From: a virus
Lineage: Duplodnaviria; Heunggongvirae; Uroviricota; Caudoviricetes
DNA: 25,616 nucleotides
Direction: 5' to 3' (one strand)
Virus record (IMG/VR): IMGVR_UViG_3300029033_000243
Location: 1-25,616 of that record
Under the pieces are notes generated by a model. It had not been told where the DNA came from, did not search any database, and was given only the letters and a program-made list of their open reading frames with translations. Made by a program: the position numbers and the translations under genes. Positions 1 through 8,548 of this stretch are shown in pieces (within the stretch, counting starts at the first letter, position 1; each line of letters begins with the position of its first letter).

Positions 1-1062
1 TTCTCCCAAACCAAGGTATGTGAGAAGACCAGCTACATCCTTTCCACTCAAATTAGTCAGCGTATTGTCCAGCGGTTGTTTACCTGCCAGCGCATTAAGC
101 ATTGTCGTGGCAAAGTTCGGATCATTCCCCAGTGCCGCCGCCAGTTCGTTCAGTGTATCCAGTGCCGCAGGTGCAGAACCCACCATTGCTGCAATCGCTG
201 ATTTCACAAAAGCCGTAGTGGCAATCTGTGTATTGTTGACCGACTGCGCCGCCGTGGGGGCTGTTGGCGTTCCGGTGAGTGCCGGACTCGATAGCGGCGC
301 TTTCAGTGCCAGCGCATTGTTAATGGTGGTACTGAATTTCGGATCATTGTTAATGGCTACGGCTATTTCTTTCAGCGTGTCCAGCGTGGCTGGCGCACCA
401 TTAATAAGAGCCGTCAGTGCCGCCTGAACAAACTCGGTGGTCGCAACCTGCGTGGTGTTATTCCCCGCCGCTGGCGTTGGCGCTTTGGGTGTCCCGGTAA
501 ACGTAGGACTTTCTTTCTGTGCATACTGTGAATGCGGGTCCGGTGCGGCAAGATGTTTTGCCATCTGATCATCTGCGTACACCTTCAGCTCCAGTACCTT
601 ATCATCCACATACTTGCGGGTTGCCAGCACTACGGCAGGGTCGATTTTCAGGGTGATATTGTCCGTGCTGCTGGTAATCAACACCATACGCACGGTCTGG
701 GTACGCCCGCTGCCTTCAGCCAGTTGCGGCTTATAGCTTTCCGGGCAGTTCCCCACGGCAATCAATGCCCCTGACTCATCAAACAGGCCCACTTCACGTA
801 TCCACCAACCGCCCTCGTTTTCAGGGATCACCTGTTCGGCAATAATCTGGCTGCTGTTCTGCGGGTCGATATAGAGCATATTCAGCGCAGCCCGGCGTTT
901 CTCATTTACCAGTGCAGTCTGCTTTGCGTCCGGCGTCGGCAATGCTCCGCCGCCATCGCCCACCGCCATATGGGTAATTTTTAGCGGCACACCGAGCGCG
1001 GCGGCGCTGGCAAGTTTCGCCGCGCCAATATCCGTCAGCAGGGTATAAAATTTTGTGCTCAT
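1..1062 (-). CDS. H: tail fibre protein gpH, N-terminal ~354 codons (gene continues beyond window start)
   Basis: Reverse-strand ATG at 1062-1060 overlapping the gpI stop (ATGA coupling); translation MSTKFYTLLTDIGAAKLASAA...MAVGDGGG...ESYKP..AEGSG recalls the P2 gpH N-terminus; Ala/Thr-rich repeats follow. Not in the ORF track because no stop lies inside the window. Confidence 0.8.
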   Translation of the reverse strand, partial: MSTKFYTLLTDIGAAKLASAAALGVPLKITHMAVGDGGGALPTPDAKQTALVNEKRRAALNMLYIDPQNSSQIIAEQVIPENEGGWWIREVGLFDESGALIAVGNCPESYKPQLAEGSGRTQTVRMVLITSSTDNITLKIDPAVVLATRKYVDDKVLELKVYADDQMAKHLAAPDPHSQYAQKESPTFTGTPKAPTPAAGNNTTQVATTEFVQAALTALINGAPATLDTLKEIAVAINNDPKFSTTINNALALKAPLSSPALTGTPTAPTAAQSVNNTQIATTAFVKSAIAAMVGSAPAALDTLNELAAALGNDPNFATTMLNALAGKQPLDNTLTNLSGKDVAGLLTYLGLGE

Positions 1063-1664
1063 GGATTCACTCTCATTGTGTCAATAACATGGACCGCCCC
1101 GCCTTCATGCGCGGTGCCGCCGGAAATAATTGTTTCGTTGATATACGGATAGATCGTGATTTCTTCGCCAAGATAGCTGGCGGCTCCCACCCAATGCGGG
1201 CCGCTGGTCTGCAGGTTGATGGACATGCCGATCATGTGACGGCTACATGGTTTGGCATCGCTTATCAGTCGCTCAAGTTCCAGATAGGTATCTTCAGTGA
1301 TGCCCTGGTCCTGCACGCCGATATCCAGGCGAAACGTGCCCGGTGCCTCTCCGGTTTGCCACCACTCAATAATGCGGATCAGAAAGCCGAACGGCTCCAC
1401 AACCCGCCGCACGGCACTGGTGGTCCCTTTATGCTGATGAATATAAAAAGCATCCTTCACCACCTGGCGCTTGACGCTTTCTGTCCAGCCTTCGTCCCAG
1501 CGATCCACAGAGAACGCCCAGGCGAGATAAGGCAGGAAGCTGACCGGGCAGGTAGCCGGATTCCACAAGTCACGCAGCGGCACCTGCAGATCAGAAATCC
1601 CGCTGCACGTTTGCGCCAGTCGGCGCTCCAGTGAAGTTGACCCCGATGGCAGCAGACTATTCAT
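1059..1664 (-). CDS. I: baseplate assembly protein gpI
   Basis: 201-aa ORF; ...RDLWNPATCP...LPYLAWAFSVDRWDE... matches remembered P2 gpI; position between J and H. Confidence 0.85.
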   Translation of the reverse strand: MNSLLPSGSTSLERRLAQTCSGISDLQVPLRDLWNPATCPVSFLPYLAWAFSVDRWDEGWTESVKRQVVKDAFYIHQHKGTTSAVRRVVEPFGFLIRIIEWWQTGEAPGTFRLDIGVQDQGITEDTYLELERLISDAKPCSRHMIGMSINLQTSGPHWVGAASYLGEEITIYPYINETIISGGTAHEGGAVHVIDTMRVNP

Positions 1665-2565
1665 CCGTTCCCCCGTTGGTCACGCTCCACTCCGTACATG
1701 ATGCCGCCTGCGTTTTGTTCAAAACCACATCCGCCAGCGGCGAAGCCAGCTCCACACGCTGCACACCCTCAACATGCAGGGCGGCAAAGATGGCGCTACG
1801 GCGAATATCCCGACCAAGCCGCGTCTGACTGGCGATGTATTTCTGCAGGCTGGCTTTTGCCGCTGCCATTACCGGCTCTGCTTCCGGCCCCGGATAGAGA
1901 AAAATGGTGGCTTCCACGCGATACGGGATGATTTCTGCGCTGCGAACCGTCAGACGGTCAGCCACCGGGCGAACGTTCTCACTGTTCAGAGCTTTTTCCA
2001 CCACGTCCAGCAGGTCTTTTTCTGCTGTTCCGTCGCCTTCACGGCTCAGGACCGTAAGCACCACCTCTGCAGGTGCCGGGCTGGTTGCACTGGCATCCGC
2101 CACCCGACCGTCGGCGCTTCGGGCATGAAATTCATAAGCTGCGGTTGGCCCCGCAACCGAAAGCCCTTCAAAAGCCGCAGGCACACGCAGGCGTAACGCT
2201 TCATCGCTTTCCATCACGGCCGCAACGGGTGGCACAGCGTCATTATCAGCAGGCGTCACCGTCAGGCGTTTCACGTTGTAGTTGGCAGCGAGCTGGTCAA
2301 GATCGCCGCCCATCGCGTAAGCCACCATCACAGCCTGCGCGGCTTCGTTAATGCGCTGGCGCAGAAGCAACTCTCGGTAAGCGTTCTCCTGAAGCAATTT
2401 GGTGACGGGTTCAGATTCCAGTTCCAGCGTGCGGATCACGGCTTCCTGCTCATCTTTCGGATGAAGCGCAACAAATTCGGCCTTGCGTTCGGCAAGCAGC
2501 GTCTCAAAGTCCGGCACATCGACAATCTGCGGCGCAGGCAACTGCGAAAGGTCAATCACTGCCAT
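1657..2565 (-). CDS. J: baseplate wedge protein gpJ
   Basis: ORF-track frame 1657..2604; start placed at internal Met (MAVIDLSQLPAP...), which matches the P2 gpJ N-terminus and gives a short overlap with W. Confidence 0.85.
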   Translation of the reverse strand: MAVIDLSQLPAPQIVDVPDFETLLAERKAEFVALHPKDEQEAVIRTLELESEPVTKLLQENAYRELLLRQRINEAAQAVMVAYAMGGDLDQLAANYNVKRLTVTPADNDAVPPVAAVMESDEALRLRVPAAFEGLSVAGPTAAYEFHARSADGRVADASATSPAPAEVVLTVLSREGDGTAEKDLLDVVEKALNSENVRPVADRLTVRSAEIIPYRVEATIFLYPGPEAEPVMAAAKASLQKYIASQTRLGRDIRRSAIFAALHVEGVQRVELASPLADVVLNKTQAASCTEWSVTNGGTDE

Positions 2566-2911
2566 TCTCTGCTCCTGTTGATACGGAAAGGGAAACAGGC
2601 ACACCGTTATTACGCCGCCCGGTCAGCCCCACCACCATTGAACCGTCAAAATTGCTGTTAATGGTGATGGAATCCAGCGTCAGCCGTGGCTCCCAGCGAC
2701 TCAGCGCCACATACACTGCCGACATGACCTGCAGGCGTAATGCCGGATTTTGTGGCTGGTCTATCAGTACCGACAGCAGGGAACCATATTCCCGACGGGC
2801 AATGCGGCTACCCTGCGGCGTCAGCAAAATGTCCCGCACCGACTGGCGCAGATGGTCCGTGTCTGTAATAGCTTTTCCGTTGCTCTGACTCATGCCGATA
2901 TACAGCGTCAT
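2552..2911 (-). CDS. W: baseplate protein gpW
   Basis: 119-aa ORF; ...DILLTPQGSRIARREYGSLL...DQPQNPALRLQ... resembles P2 gpW; V-W-J-I synteny. Confidence 0.85.
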   Translation of the reverse strand: MTLYIGMSQSNGKAITDTDHLRQSVRDILLTPQGSRIARREYGSLLSVLIDQPQNPALRLQVMSAVYVALSRWEPRLTLDSITINSNFDGSMVVGLTGRRNNGVPVSLSVSTGAENGSD

Positions 2912-3486
2912 ACCGGGCCTCCGGTTGTATCGCCGCCTTTCAGGACGCCAGTATGCTGATGCGCATCAACCACGATCCCGTTAGAACTCATCGCTCCGCC
3001 GCCCTGGGTAACGCCACCATTGATCACCACTTCGCTGTTAATGCGCGTGCGGTCAGCCTCCAGTACAAACTCACTGGTTTTCATGGTGATGTTGTCAGCG
3101 GCCTCAATGACCATTGATTTGATGCCCCTGACATACCAGCGCCCGGTGGCGGGTTCGTATTCAAACCAGCCACCGTCAGGATGTTCTGTCACGCAGGCGT
3201 CTGCCGACGTCGACGGTGGCGCGAACTGATTCGAATAGACAGCGGGCAGCGCAAAGGCAGTCTCCAGATTGCCGCCCAGACTCAGCAGCACCACCTGCTC
3301 ACCTTCTGATGGTTTCCACCATGTGCGGGCATTACCCGCGCGCAGCGTCAGCCAGTTAATCCAGTTAGTTTCAAGGTCGCCCGTTTTCACCCGGCAAAGC
3401 CAGTTTGTCCTGTCCACTTCGGTGACTACCCCAGTGCGGATCAGGTTGGTGATAAGGCGCATGATTTCGGTTAATTGTGCGTTCAT
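2908..3486 (-). CDS. V: baseplate spike/assembly protein gpV
   Basis: 192-aa ORF, N-terminus MNAQLTEIMRLITNLIRTGVV resembles P2 gpV; stop/start overlap with W. Confidence 0.85.
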   Translation of the reverse strand: MNAQLTEIMRLITNLIRTGVVTEVDRTNWLCRVKTGDLETNWINWLTLRAGNARTWWKPSEGEQVVLLSLGGNLETAFALPAVYSNQFAPPSTSADACVTEHPDGGWFEYEPATGRWYVRGIKSMVIEAADNITMKTSEFVLEADRTRINSEVVINGGVTQGGGAMSSNGIVVDAHQHTGVLKGGDTTGGPV

Positions 3487-3532
3487 AAGGCAACTATGGC
3501 AGCCTTTTTCTTAATTCAAAATTTGATAATAT

Positions 3533-3550
3533 TGTGTCGCTTACCACACA
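3533..3550. promoter_or_regulatory. TGT-N12-ACA dyad, putative Ogr/Delta-type late-promoter activator site (P_V region)
   Basis: Read directly: tgt-gtcgcttaccac-aca between the V start (3486, minus) and the cargo gene RBS (AGGAGA 3551-3556). P2-family late promoters carry this dyad upstream of the -35 region. Spacing to the V start codon is short, so the exact transcription start is uncertain. Confidence 0.4.
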
Positions 3551-3565
3551 AGGAGATAAACATCA

Positions 3566-5011
3566 GTGAACACGTATGAAACAATTAAAGTTACTTTTTC
3601 TTATGACCACAACCCAATTACTATTAATGACGATAATATAAAAACAGAAAACAGTATCGAAATGACTTGCAATGTTACTGTCAACAATAAAGAAAGCTGG
3701 GATAGGATTCAGATAAAGACCTATAGTAAAAAAACCATCAAGCTTTATGGAAAAAACAATTTAGACATTGAATTTTGCACTCATTATGTAAATGGTGATG
3801 TTCGCTCAGTGATAAAACTAATCGATTGTAGAATAGAAAACATCGTCGACCATCACTCAGGAAAAACTCAATACTATACATTTAACATCATTCCCAATGA
3901 AGTCATTATAAATAATAAAGCACATAATACGCCTGATACGGAAATAACATTCTACAACAGTGACCATCAACTACTTTCCCCTAACATTCAGTACAATTTA
4001 TCTTCGGATGGTAACATCACTCTTACAAAGTCAGAGCCTATTATTGTTAAACTTAACAATGACGAAGATATAAAATTAGATATCGAATCAAAACTAGAAC
4101 GCGATGAAAAATTTGAAATCAGCACAAAACAAATCCTAAAAATAAAGTCCAATAATTCTAATTTAACCATTGATGATGTAAGAAATAACTACATTGACAA
4201 AATTGACGCATTTAATGATATCTTATCATTTATCAATAGTAACAAAGTAGTTTGTCGTTACTGGAACCTAAAATCTAATGATGGTGTATATACAGTTTTT
4301 CGCTGTAGGATAAAAAATCCTATTAAGGATACCAAAAAAAAACACTTAATGATGCCATTACAAGCCAAAGAAAATATTGAAAATATGTTTCACACATATT
4401 TGTCATCCCATTACAGACAGAACATCCGATTAGCCATTAATGTCCTCAATGCATCAAACCAATATCTTGAGTCTCGATACCTTTCACTTTTCCAATCTTT
4501 TGAATCTATTATTTTAACTCATAAAGAAAAAAACAATACGACCTTCATTCTATGTGAAAGCGAGTTTAGATCATTAAGACAAACAATTGAAAGAATCATC
4601 ACCAAGGACGTTATCAAAGATTCAAAAACTAGAGGAAAAATAAAAAACAAACTAGGAGAACTGAATAGAATATCATTAAAAGATGCCACACAAGAATGTC
4701 TTAAAGAACATTTAATCCATACTCATGACTTATGGCCATTGTTTAATGAATCTGGTAAGCTAGGACTTTCTGAAATCAGAAATATAATTATACATGGTGT
4801 AATTATACCAAGTGACAACTTGATAAACATTGCAGTTGCTTGTGAACATTTAACAATATATCTAACCAGATTAATTCTATGTCTTCTTGGATGCGATCAC
4901 CGTGAAACAATATATTCTGAAGAGCATTTGAGGTTTAGTTCAAACGTAAATGATTTTGCCTTTTGGGAACATCATCGAAAATCTTTAACAGAGGCACTTA
5001 AAACTCATTAA
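3566..5011 (+). CDS. AT-rich cargo gene: 481-aa protein of unknown function with a C-terminal HEPN-like Rx4H motif (candidate abortive-infection/defence protein)
   Basis: GTG start 9 nt after AGGAGA; strongly AT-rich versus flanks; opposite strand to the surrounding morphogenesis genes; sits where P2 carries non-essential orf30 between S and V; motif SEIRNIIIHG (R405-x4-H410) about 77 aa from the C-terminus. Confidence 0.7.
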   Translation: MNTYETIKVTFSYDHNPITINDDNIKTENSIEMTCNVTVNNKESWDRIQIKTYSKKTIKLYGKNNLDIEFCTHYVNGDVRSVIKLIDCRIENIVDHHSGKTQYYTFNIIPNEVIINNKAHNTPDTEITFYNSDHQLLSPNIQYNLSSDGNITLTKSEPIIVKLNNDEDIKLDIESKLERDEKFEISTKQILKIKSNNSNLTIDDVRNNYIDKIDAFNDILSFINSNKVVCRYWNLKSNDGVYTVFRCRIKNPIKDTKKKHLMMPLQAKENIENMFHTYLSSHYRQNIRLAINVLNASNQYLESRYLSLFQSFESIILTHKEKNNTTFILCESEFRSLRQTIERIITKDVIKDSKTRGKIKNKLGELNRISLKDATQECLKEHLIHTHDLWPLFNESGKLGLSEIRNIIIHGVIIPSDNLINIAVACEHLTIYLTRLILCLLGCDHRETIYSEEHLRFSSNVNDFAFWEHHRKSLTEALKTH

Positions 5012-5018
5012 TATCGTA

Positions 5019-5041
5019 ATGGCTAACGATGCGTTAGCCAT
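5019..5041 (+). terminator. hairpin between convergent cargo gene and S (possible terminator)
   Basis: Perfect inverted repeat atggctaacg-atg-cgttagccat followed by ttcatt; overlaps the 3' end of S. T-tract is weak. Confidence 0.3.
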
Positions 5042-5472
5042 TTCATTAGTAAATCACTAACGATTAGATAACTATTATTACTATAACCCAGAAGGCGACG
5101 CTCTGCGTAACGGACCTCCGGTCCTTTGCGGCTGACGCGATCACGCAAGCCGTAATGGTGAACACGGGCAATGCGCTGCACCCTACCTTCAAACTGTACG
5201 CTGGCAGAATCGGCGCTGGCTGCAGTTTTCAGGTATTTTGTGGTGCGCAGCTTTGTAAACATCTGACGTTTGATGCGCCCCTTTTTGCTGCGTGCTGTTA
5301 CCCTGCGCGGCTCATAACTGCTGCCATCTGGATTGCGCTGCATCCTGATGTTCTGCTGCTGTGTCCGGCGCAGTTCCTGCGCCAGCTGGCGCATCATGCG
5401 GCTTCTTGCGGCTGGCTCCAGATTCGCCAATAATGCACTCAGCCAGTCGTCCACCTTCTGCAGTTCAGCCAC
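5023..5472 (-). CDS. S: tail completion protein gpS
   Basis: 149 aa; synteny (follows R) and P2 gpS-like size and sequence. Confidence 0.8.
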   Translation of the reverse strand: MAELQKVDDWLSALLANLEPAARSRMMRQLAQELRRTQQQNIRMQRNPDGSSYEPRRVTARSKKGRIKRQMFTKLRTTKYLKTAASADSASVQFEGRVQRIARVHHYGLRDRVSRKGPEVRYAERRLLGYSNNSYLIVSDLLMKWLTHR

Positions 5473-5917
5473 GTTTCACCGTCCACATTTCTTCAGGTTC
5501 ATCAGGTTCCGCTACCGCTTCAACACTCGACACACTGCCGTCAGTGCTGACAAGCACACGCTCCGTCAGTTGCAGGTTCAGGCTGATATCACAGACATCG
5601 TTGCGCAGAATATCCACCTCAAAGGTGAATAGTTTTTCCCGTAACGTCGGGTTATTGATGGCATCAGGCTGGTTATCCCGCAGCCACAGCAAAACCGGGG
5701 CCATCAGCAGATTCTGGTCGCCGCTGAAATCCTCAATCACCACGTTCAGGGTGTAGCGGTATTCCCATGACATGGAGCTGGCCCCGCTGGCAACCAGCGA
5801 ACCGTTATCCACAAACAGATGCAGTTTGTCCGGGTTATTACGGACATAAGGCACTGCTTTATTAAGGGCGTGGCGCAGGGATTGTGGTTTGTTCACTGTT
5901 TCGCTCCTGACACGCAA
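5465..5917 (-). CDS. R: tail completion protein gpR
   Basis: 150 aa; follows the lysis genes as in P2; overlaps the S start. Confidence 0.8.
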   Translation of the reverse strand: MRVRSETVNKPQSLRHALNKAVPYVRNNPDKLHLFVDNGSLVASGASSMSWEYRYTLNVVIEDFSGDQNLLMAPVLLWLRDNQPDAINNPTLREKLFTFEVDILRNDVCDISLNLQLTERVLVSTDGSVSSVEAVAEPDEPEEMWTVKRG

Positions 5918-6149
5918 TAATCATGTCCACTTTGTCTGCACAGACCGCCCAGGCGGCCTCCGTTTCATCCAGCAACGCGTTCAGGTCACCGTTAGTGCGC
6001 GGCGCTGCCTGCCCCAGCCGACACGGCGTCACTCGCGGACAACCACTGACGGTAAGCTGCACCTCCGGTGAGTGTCGGGCGTTCCCGCAGCCGGATAATG
6101 TCAGCAGGCAAAGGAGTATCAGCCCAGCGGCGTAAATCCTCGTTCTCAC
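5862..6149 (-). CDS. lysC: LysC, o-spanin (Rz1-like outer-membrane lipoprotein), overlapping lysB out of frame
   Basis: 95 aa; signal peptide plus lipobox LLTLSGC; Pro-rich C-terminus; starts inside lysB in another frame and extends past its stop, as in P2 lysB/lysC. Confidence 0.7.
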   Translation of the reverse strand: MRTRIYAAGLILLCLLTLSGCGNARHSPEVQLTVSGCPRVTPCRLGQAAPRTNGDLNALLDETEAAWAVCADKVDMIIACQERNSEQTTIPAPRP

Positions 6150-6420
6150 GTTTCAGTTCCTCAATCCGGTGTTGTCGTTGTCTCAGTAGTGCGCTGGTCT
6201 GTTCTGCGTCGGCATAGAGTCGCGCCTGCTCCCGGTTGTTGGTTTCAGCCAGAATGGACAGACTGATCAGCTGGCTATTTTTCTTCGTTAGTTCGTGCGC
6301 TTTACTTTTCAGCGCCGCGCGCTGCGTTTCGATGGTGTGGCTGGCGCTGTTAAGCCGCCACGACTGCCAGCCCAGCGCAACGAGTGCCAGCGCCGCCACT
6401 ACCGCCAGCGCACGTGTCAT
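5992..6420 (-). CDS. lysB: LysB, i-spanin (Rz-like)
   Basis: 142 aa; N-terminal TM (ALAVVAALALVALGW) followed by a charged coiled-coil region; directly downstream of the endolysin. Confidence 0.75.
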   Translation of the reverse strand: MTRALAVVAALALVALGWQSWRLNSASHTIETQRAALKSKAHELTKKNSQLISLSILAETNNREQARLYADAEQTSALLRQRQHRIEELKRENEDLRRWADTPLPADIIRLRERPTLTGGAAYRQWLSASDAVSAGAGSAAH

Positions 6421-6932
6421 AGTCCAGCTCCTTTAAGGCACCAGGCCATCTCCCGCGCACGGCGGTTATCCAGCCCCTGATTAAACACACCTTTTACATA
6501 AACCCAGCGCGGCAACTGTCGGCATGCATCCGCCCAGCGCCGCTGATTGAGCAATTTCACCAGCGTGGAACTGCAGGCATTGCCCGTACCCACGTTGAAG
6601 GCAAACGACACCGTAGAGTCATACACCTTCTGCGGCGGCTGTTGCTTCACACACCTTTCCAGCGCCCGCTCCACACGCAGCACGTTGGAGATCAGCCCTT
6701 CTGCTGCCTGTCGCTCCGTAATGGTTTTGCCGGGAATGACGCCCGATGTATTACCAATGCCGTCGGTCCAGACACCCGCGCTGCACTGATACGGCTGCAG
6801 ACGACAGCCTTCGTAATCGGCAATCAGTTTCAGCCCCTCCACGGAGGTGTGAAGCTGCTGAAAACCCGGCAGCGTGGCAGCAATAGCCAGCACGGTCCCG
6901 ACAAGGCAGCGTTTAACGATTGATGGATTCAT
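6417..6932 (-). CDS. K: endolysin, GH24 lysozyme with putative N-terminal SAR (signal-anchor-release) segment
   Basis: 171 aa; weakly hydrophobic Gly/Ala-rich N-terminus (LVGTVLAIAATLPGF); catalytic-type spacing YEGCRLQPYQCSAGVWTDGIGNT (E-x8-C/D-x5-T) as in P21-type lysozymes. Confidence 0.8.
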   Translation of the reverse strand: MNPSIVKRCLVGTVLAIAATLPGFQQLHTSVEGLKLIADYEGCRLQPYQCSAGVWTDGIGNTSGVIPGKTITERQAAEGLISNVLRVERALERCVKQQPPQKVYDSTVSFAFNVGTGNACSSTLVKLLNQRRWADACRQLPRWVYVKGVFNQGLDNRRAREMAWCLKGAGL

Positions 6933-7128
6933 AGTCCTCCCGCGAGATCTGCCCGTCGCGCAGAAGCTGGTAGGCTTTGTGTTTGTAGTACCAGTTGATA
7001 GCCAGCATCAGCACACCGATCATCAGGCCGCCCAGCGTTGAGGCATCCTTGATGGACAAATCGCCCAGCCAGGCCAGCACGACGGCGATGCAATACGTGA
7101 TAAAGGCGCTGATTCGCTCAAGCGTCAT
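6913..7128 (-). CDS. small 2-TM holin/pinholin-like protein
   Basis: 71 aa, two hydrophobic helices (AFITYCIAVVLAWLG, LGGLMIGVLMLAINWYY) and a charged C-terminal tail; immediately upstream of and overlapping the endolysin. Not P2 Y-like in size. Confidence 0.55.
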   Translation of the reverse strand: MTLERISAFITYCIAVVLAWLGDLSIKDASTLGGLMIGVLMLAINWYYKHKAYQLLRDGQISREDYESINR

Positions 7129-7131
7129 AAT

Positions 7132-7335
7132 TCAGTCCCATAGCTGGACGGTCTGCACGGTGGTGGTTGTCGGTATGTCCGGCAGCTCCACCTGCAACCC
7201 GTGAGGTAAAAAGGGGCCGTATTCGGCAAGCCCCGGATTTGCCTTCAGTACCTGCTCCGTGACACCCTGCGTGCGCCCGTAATGACGCCAGCAAAGCGCG
7301 TCCACCGTGTCATACTGATGCGCACGCACTTTCAT
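7132..7335 (-). CDS. X: tail protein gpX
   Basis: 67 aa; MKVRAHQYDTVDALCWRHYGRT... recalls P2 gpX; follows L. Confidence 0.8.
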   Translation of the reverse strand: MKVRAHQYDTVDALCWRHYGRTQGVTEQVLKANPGLAEYGPFLPHGLQVELPDIPTTTTVQTVQLWD

Positions 7336-7799
7336 CAGATAAGCTCCACTGTGCAGTGCGGCGCATCCTGTACCCGGCTGATGGCCCAGCGGGCGTCACG
7401 CCACAAATCACCGCTGGCTTCTGCCAGTTCCTCGCCTCGCTTCACACCCGATGCCGTGGCGTCATAGTCCTGGTATCGTTCGTTGAGCATGGCGCGTGCC
7501 CAACAATAAACCGCGTTGAAATAGTGCTGAATGCGCTCACTTTTGCCGTCCAGCTGTTCCGCCGGAACCTCTGCCAGCGAGGCATACCCCAGCATCTGCT
7601 GGCGTCTGCGAAACTCATACAGCTCTGCGTTGACCTCCGAAATTGCCGACAGGGCAACCTGCTTTAAACGCGGCTGCGTCACCGTGCCGTCAGTGCGCAT
7701 GACACTGCGAAACTCCGACAGGTCCACATCAGGCCAGAACGGCGTATTTCTGATGATTTCCGCCTGTTCCGGTGCCTGTTCTGGCGCAACAAACTTCAT
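7335..7799 (-). CDS. L: head completion/stabilisation protein gpL
   Basis: ORF-track frame 7335..7862 begins at a GTG with no SD; the internal ATG at 7799 (MKFVAPEQ...) has AGGAGA 7 nt upstream, so the start is placed there. ...NTPFWPDVD...ELYEFRR...LWRDARWA... resembles P2 gpL. Confidence 0.8.
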   Translation of the reverse strand: MKFVAPEQAPEQAEIIRNTPFWPDVDLSEFRSVMRTDGTVTQPRLKQVALSAISEVNAELYEFRRRQQMLGYASLAEVPAEQLDGKSERIQHYFNAVYCWARAMLNERYQDYDATASGVKRGEELAEASGDLWRDARWAISRVQDAPHCTVELI

Positions 7800-7894
7800 G
7801 CTGCTTTCTCCTGAAATAGAGGGCGGTGGACGGGGTTTTGATGTGGCAGAGCCTTTCGCCACCCCGTGCCGCCCGTGCGCGGGGGCACGTTCTG

Positions 7895-8545
7895 TCAGCG
7901 GCTGTCATTGCGCAGTCTGCGCTCCAGCTGCTGTTTGTCTTTTTTCACGCCACAGCGGGGATCGAGCTGTAACGCATGGTTGAGATGGTTAAGGGCGGAC
8001 GCCGGATTGCTTTCACTCAGGACAGCGCCAATCGCTTTATGCAGACGCGCCCGTGACTGGTCCGGCATATCCAGACCGTCTGTCAGCTCCAGCGTCTGCA
8101 GCAACAGATCGGCATCAAAGCCGGTAGTGGCAAGCATTGCGCTCTGTGCCGCGTCTGCCATTTCCTCTGCCAGCACGGTCTGCACGTTGCGGTTACCCAG
8201 CGGCATCACCCAGCCATGACGCAGGGCATGACGCCCGATCTCCAGCGCCCCGGCATAATCTCCGGCATCAATACGCCACAGCATCACGTACATCAGCACG
8301 TCATCCTGTTGAGCGCCTCCGGCAGCCAGAATACCCTCCGCCCAGGCGGCGTACTTCGGCAACAGCTCCACTTTGATTTCCGCTTTTTTGACCGTGGACT
8401 GAACGCCCTTGAGACGGCGGCGGTCTTCCGCCAGTTGCAGCAGCATCAGGTCATAGCCCGACGCGTGGCGAACGCTGCCGCCCTCACGGGCGGCCTGTTC
8501 AGCCTGAACGCGCAGGCGATGCTGCCGTGCGGGACTCAGGCTCAT
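7895..8545 (-). CDS. M: terminase small (endonuclease) subunit gpM
   Basis: 216 aa; position after N and P2 gpM-like sequence. Confidence 0.8.
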   Translation of the reverse strand: MSLSPARQHRLRVQAEQAAREGGSVRHASGYDLMLLQLAEDRRRLKGVQSTVKKAEIKVELLPKYAAWAEGILAAGGAQQDDVLMYVMLWRIDAGDYAGALEIGRHALRHGWVMPLGNRNVQTVLAEEMADAAQSAMLATTGFDADLLLQTLELTDGLDMPDQSRARLHKAIGAVLSESNPASALNHLNHALQLDPRCGVKKDKQQLERRLRNDSR

Positions 8546-8548
8546 GGG

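Noticed and set aside
20-427. 135-aa plus-strand ORF at the window start
   Set aside because: Antisense to the tail fibre H coding region, which is strongly supported by its P2-like translation; Ala/Ser-rich low-complexity product typical of a shadow frame in GC-rich repetitive coding sequence.
3988-4170. 60-aa minus-strand ORF inside the 481-aa cargo gene (similar small ORFs at 15193..15393 + and 22834..23019 -)
   Set aside because: Antisense ORFs within AT-rich genes, short and without RBS; AT-rich DNA has few stop codons in some frames by chance.
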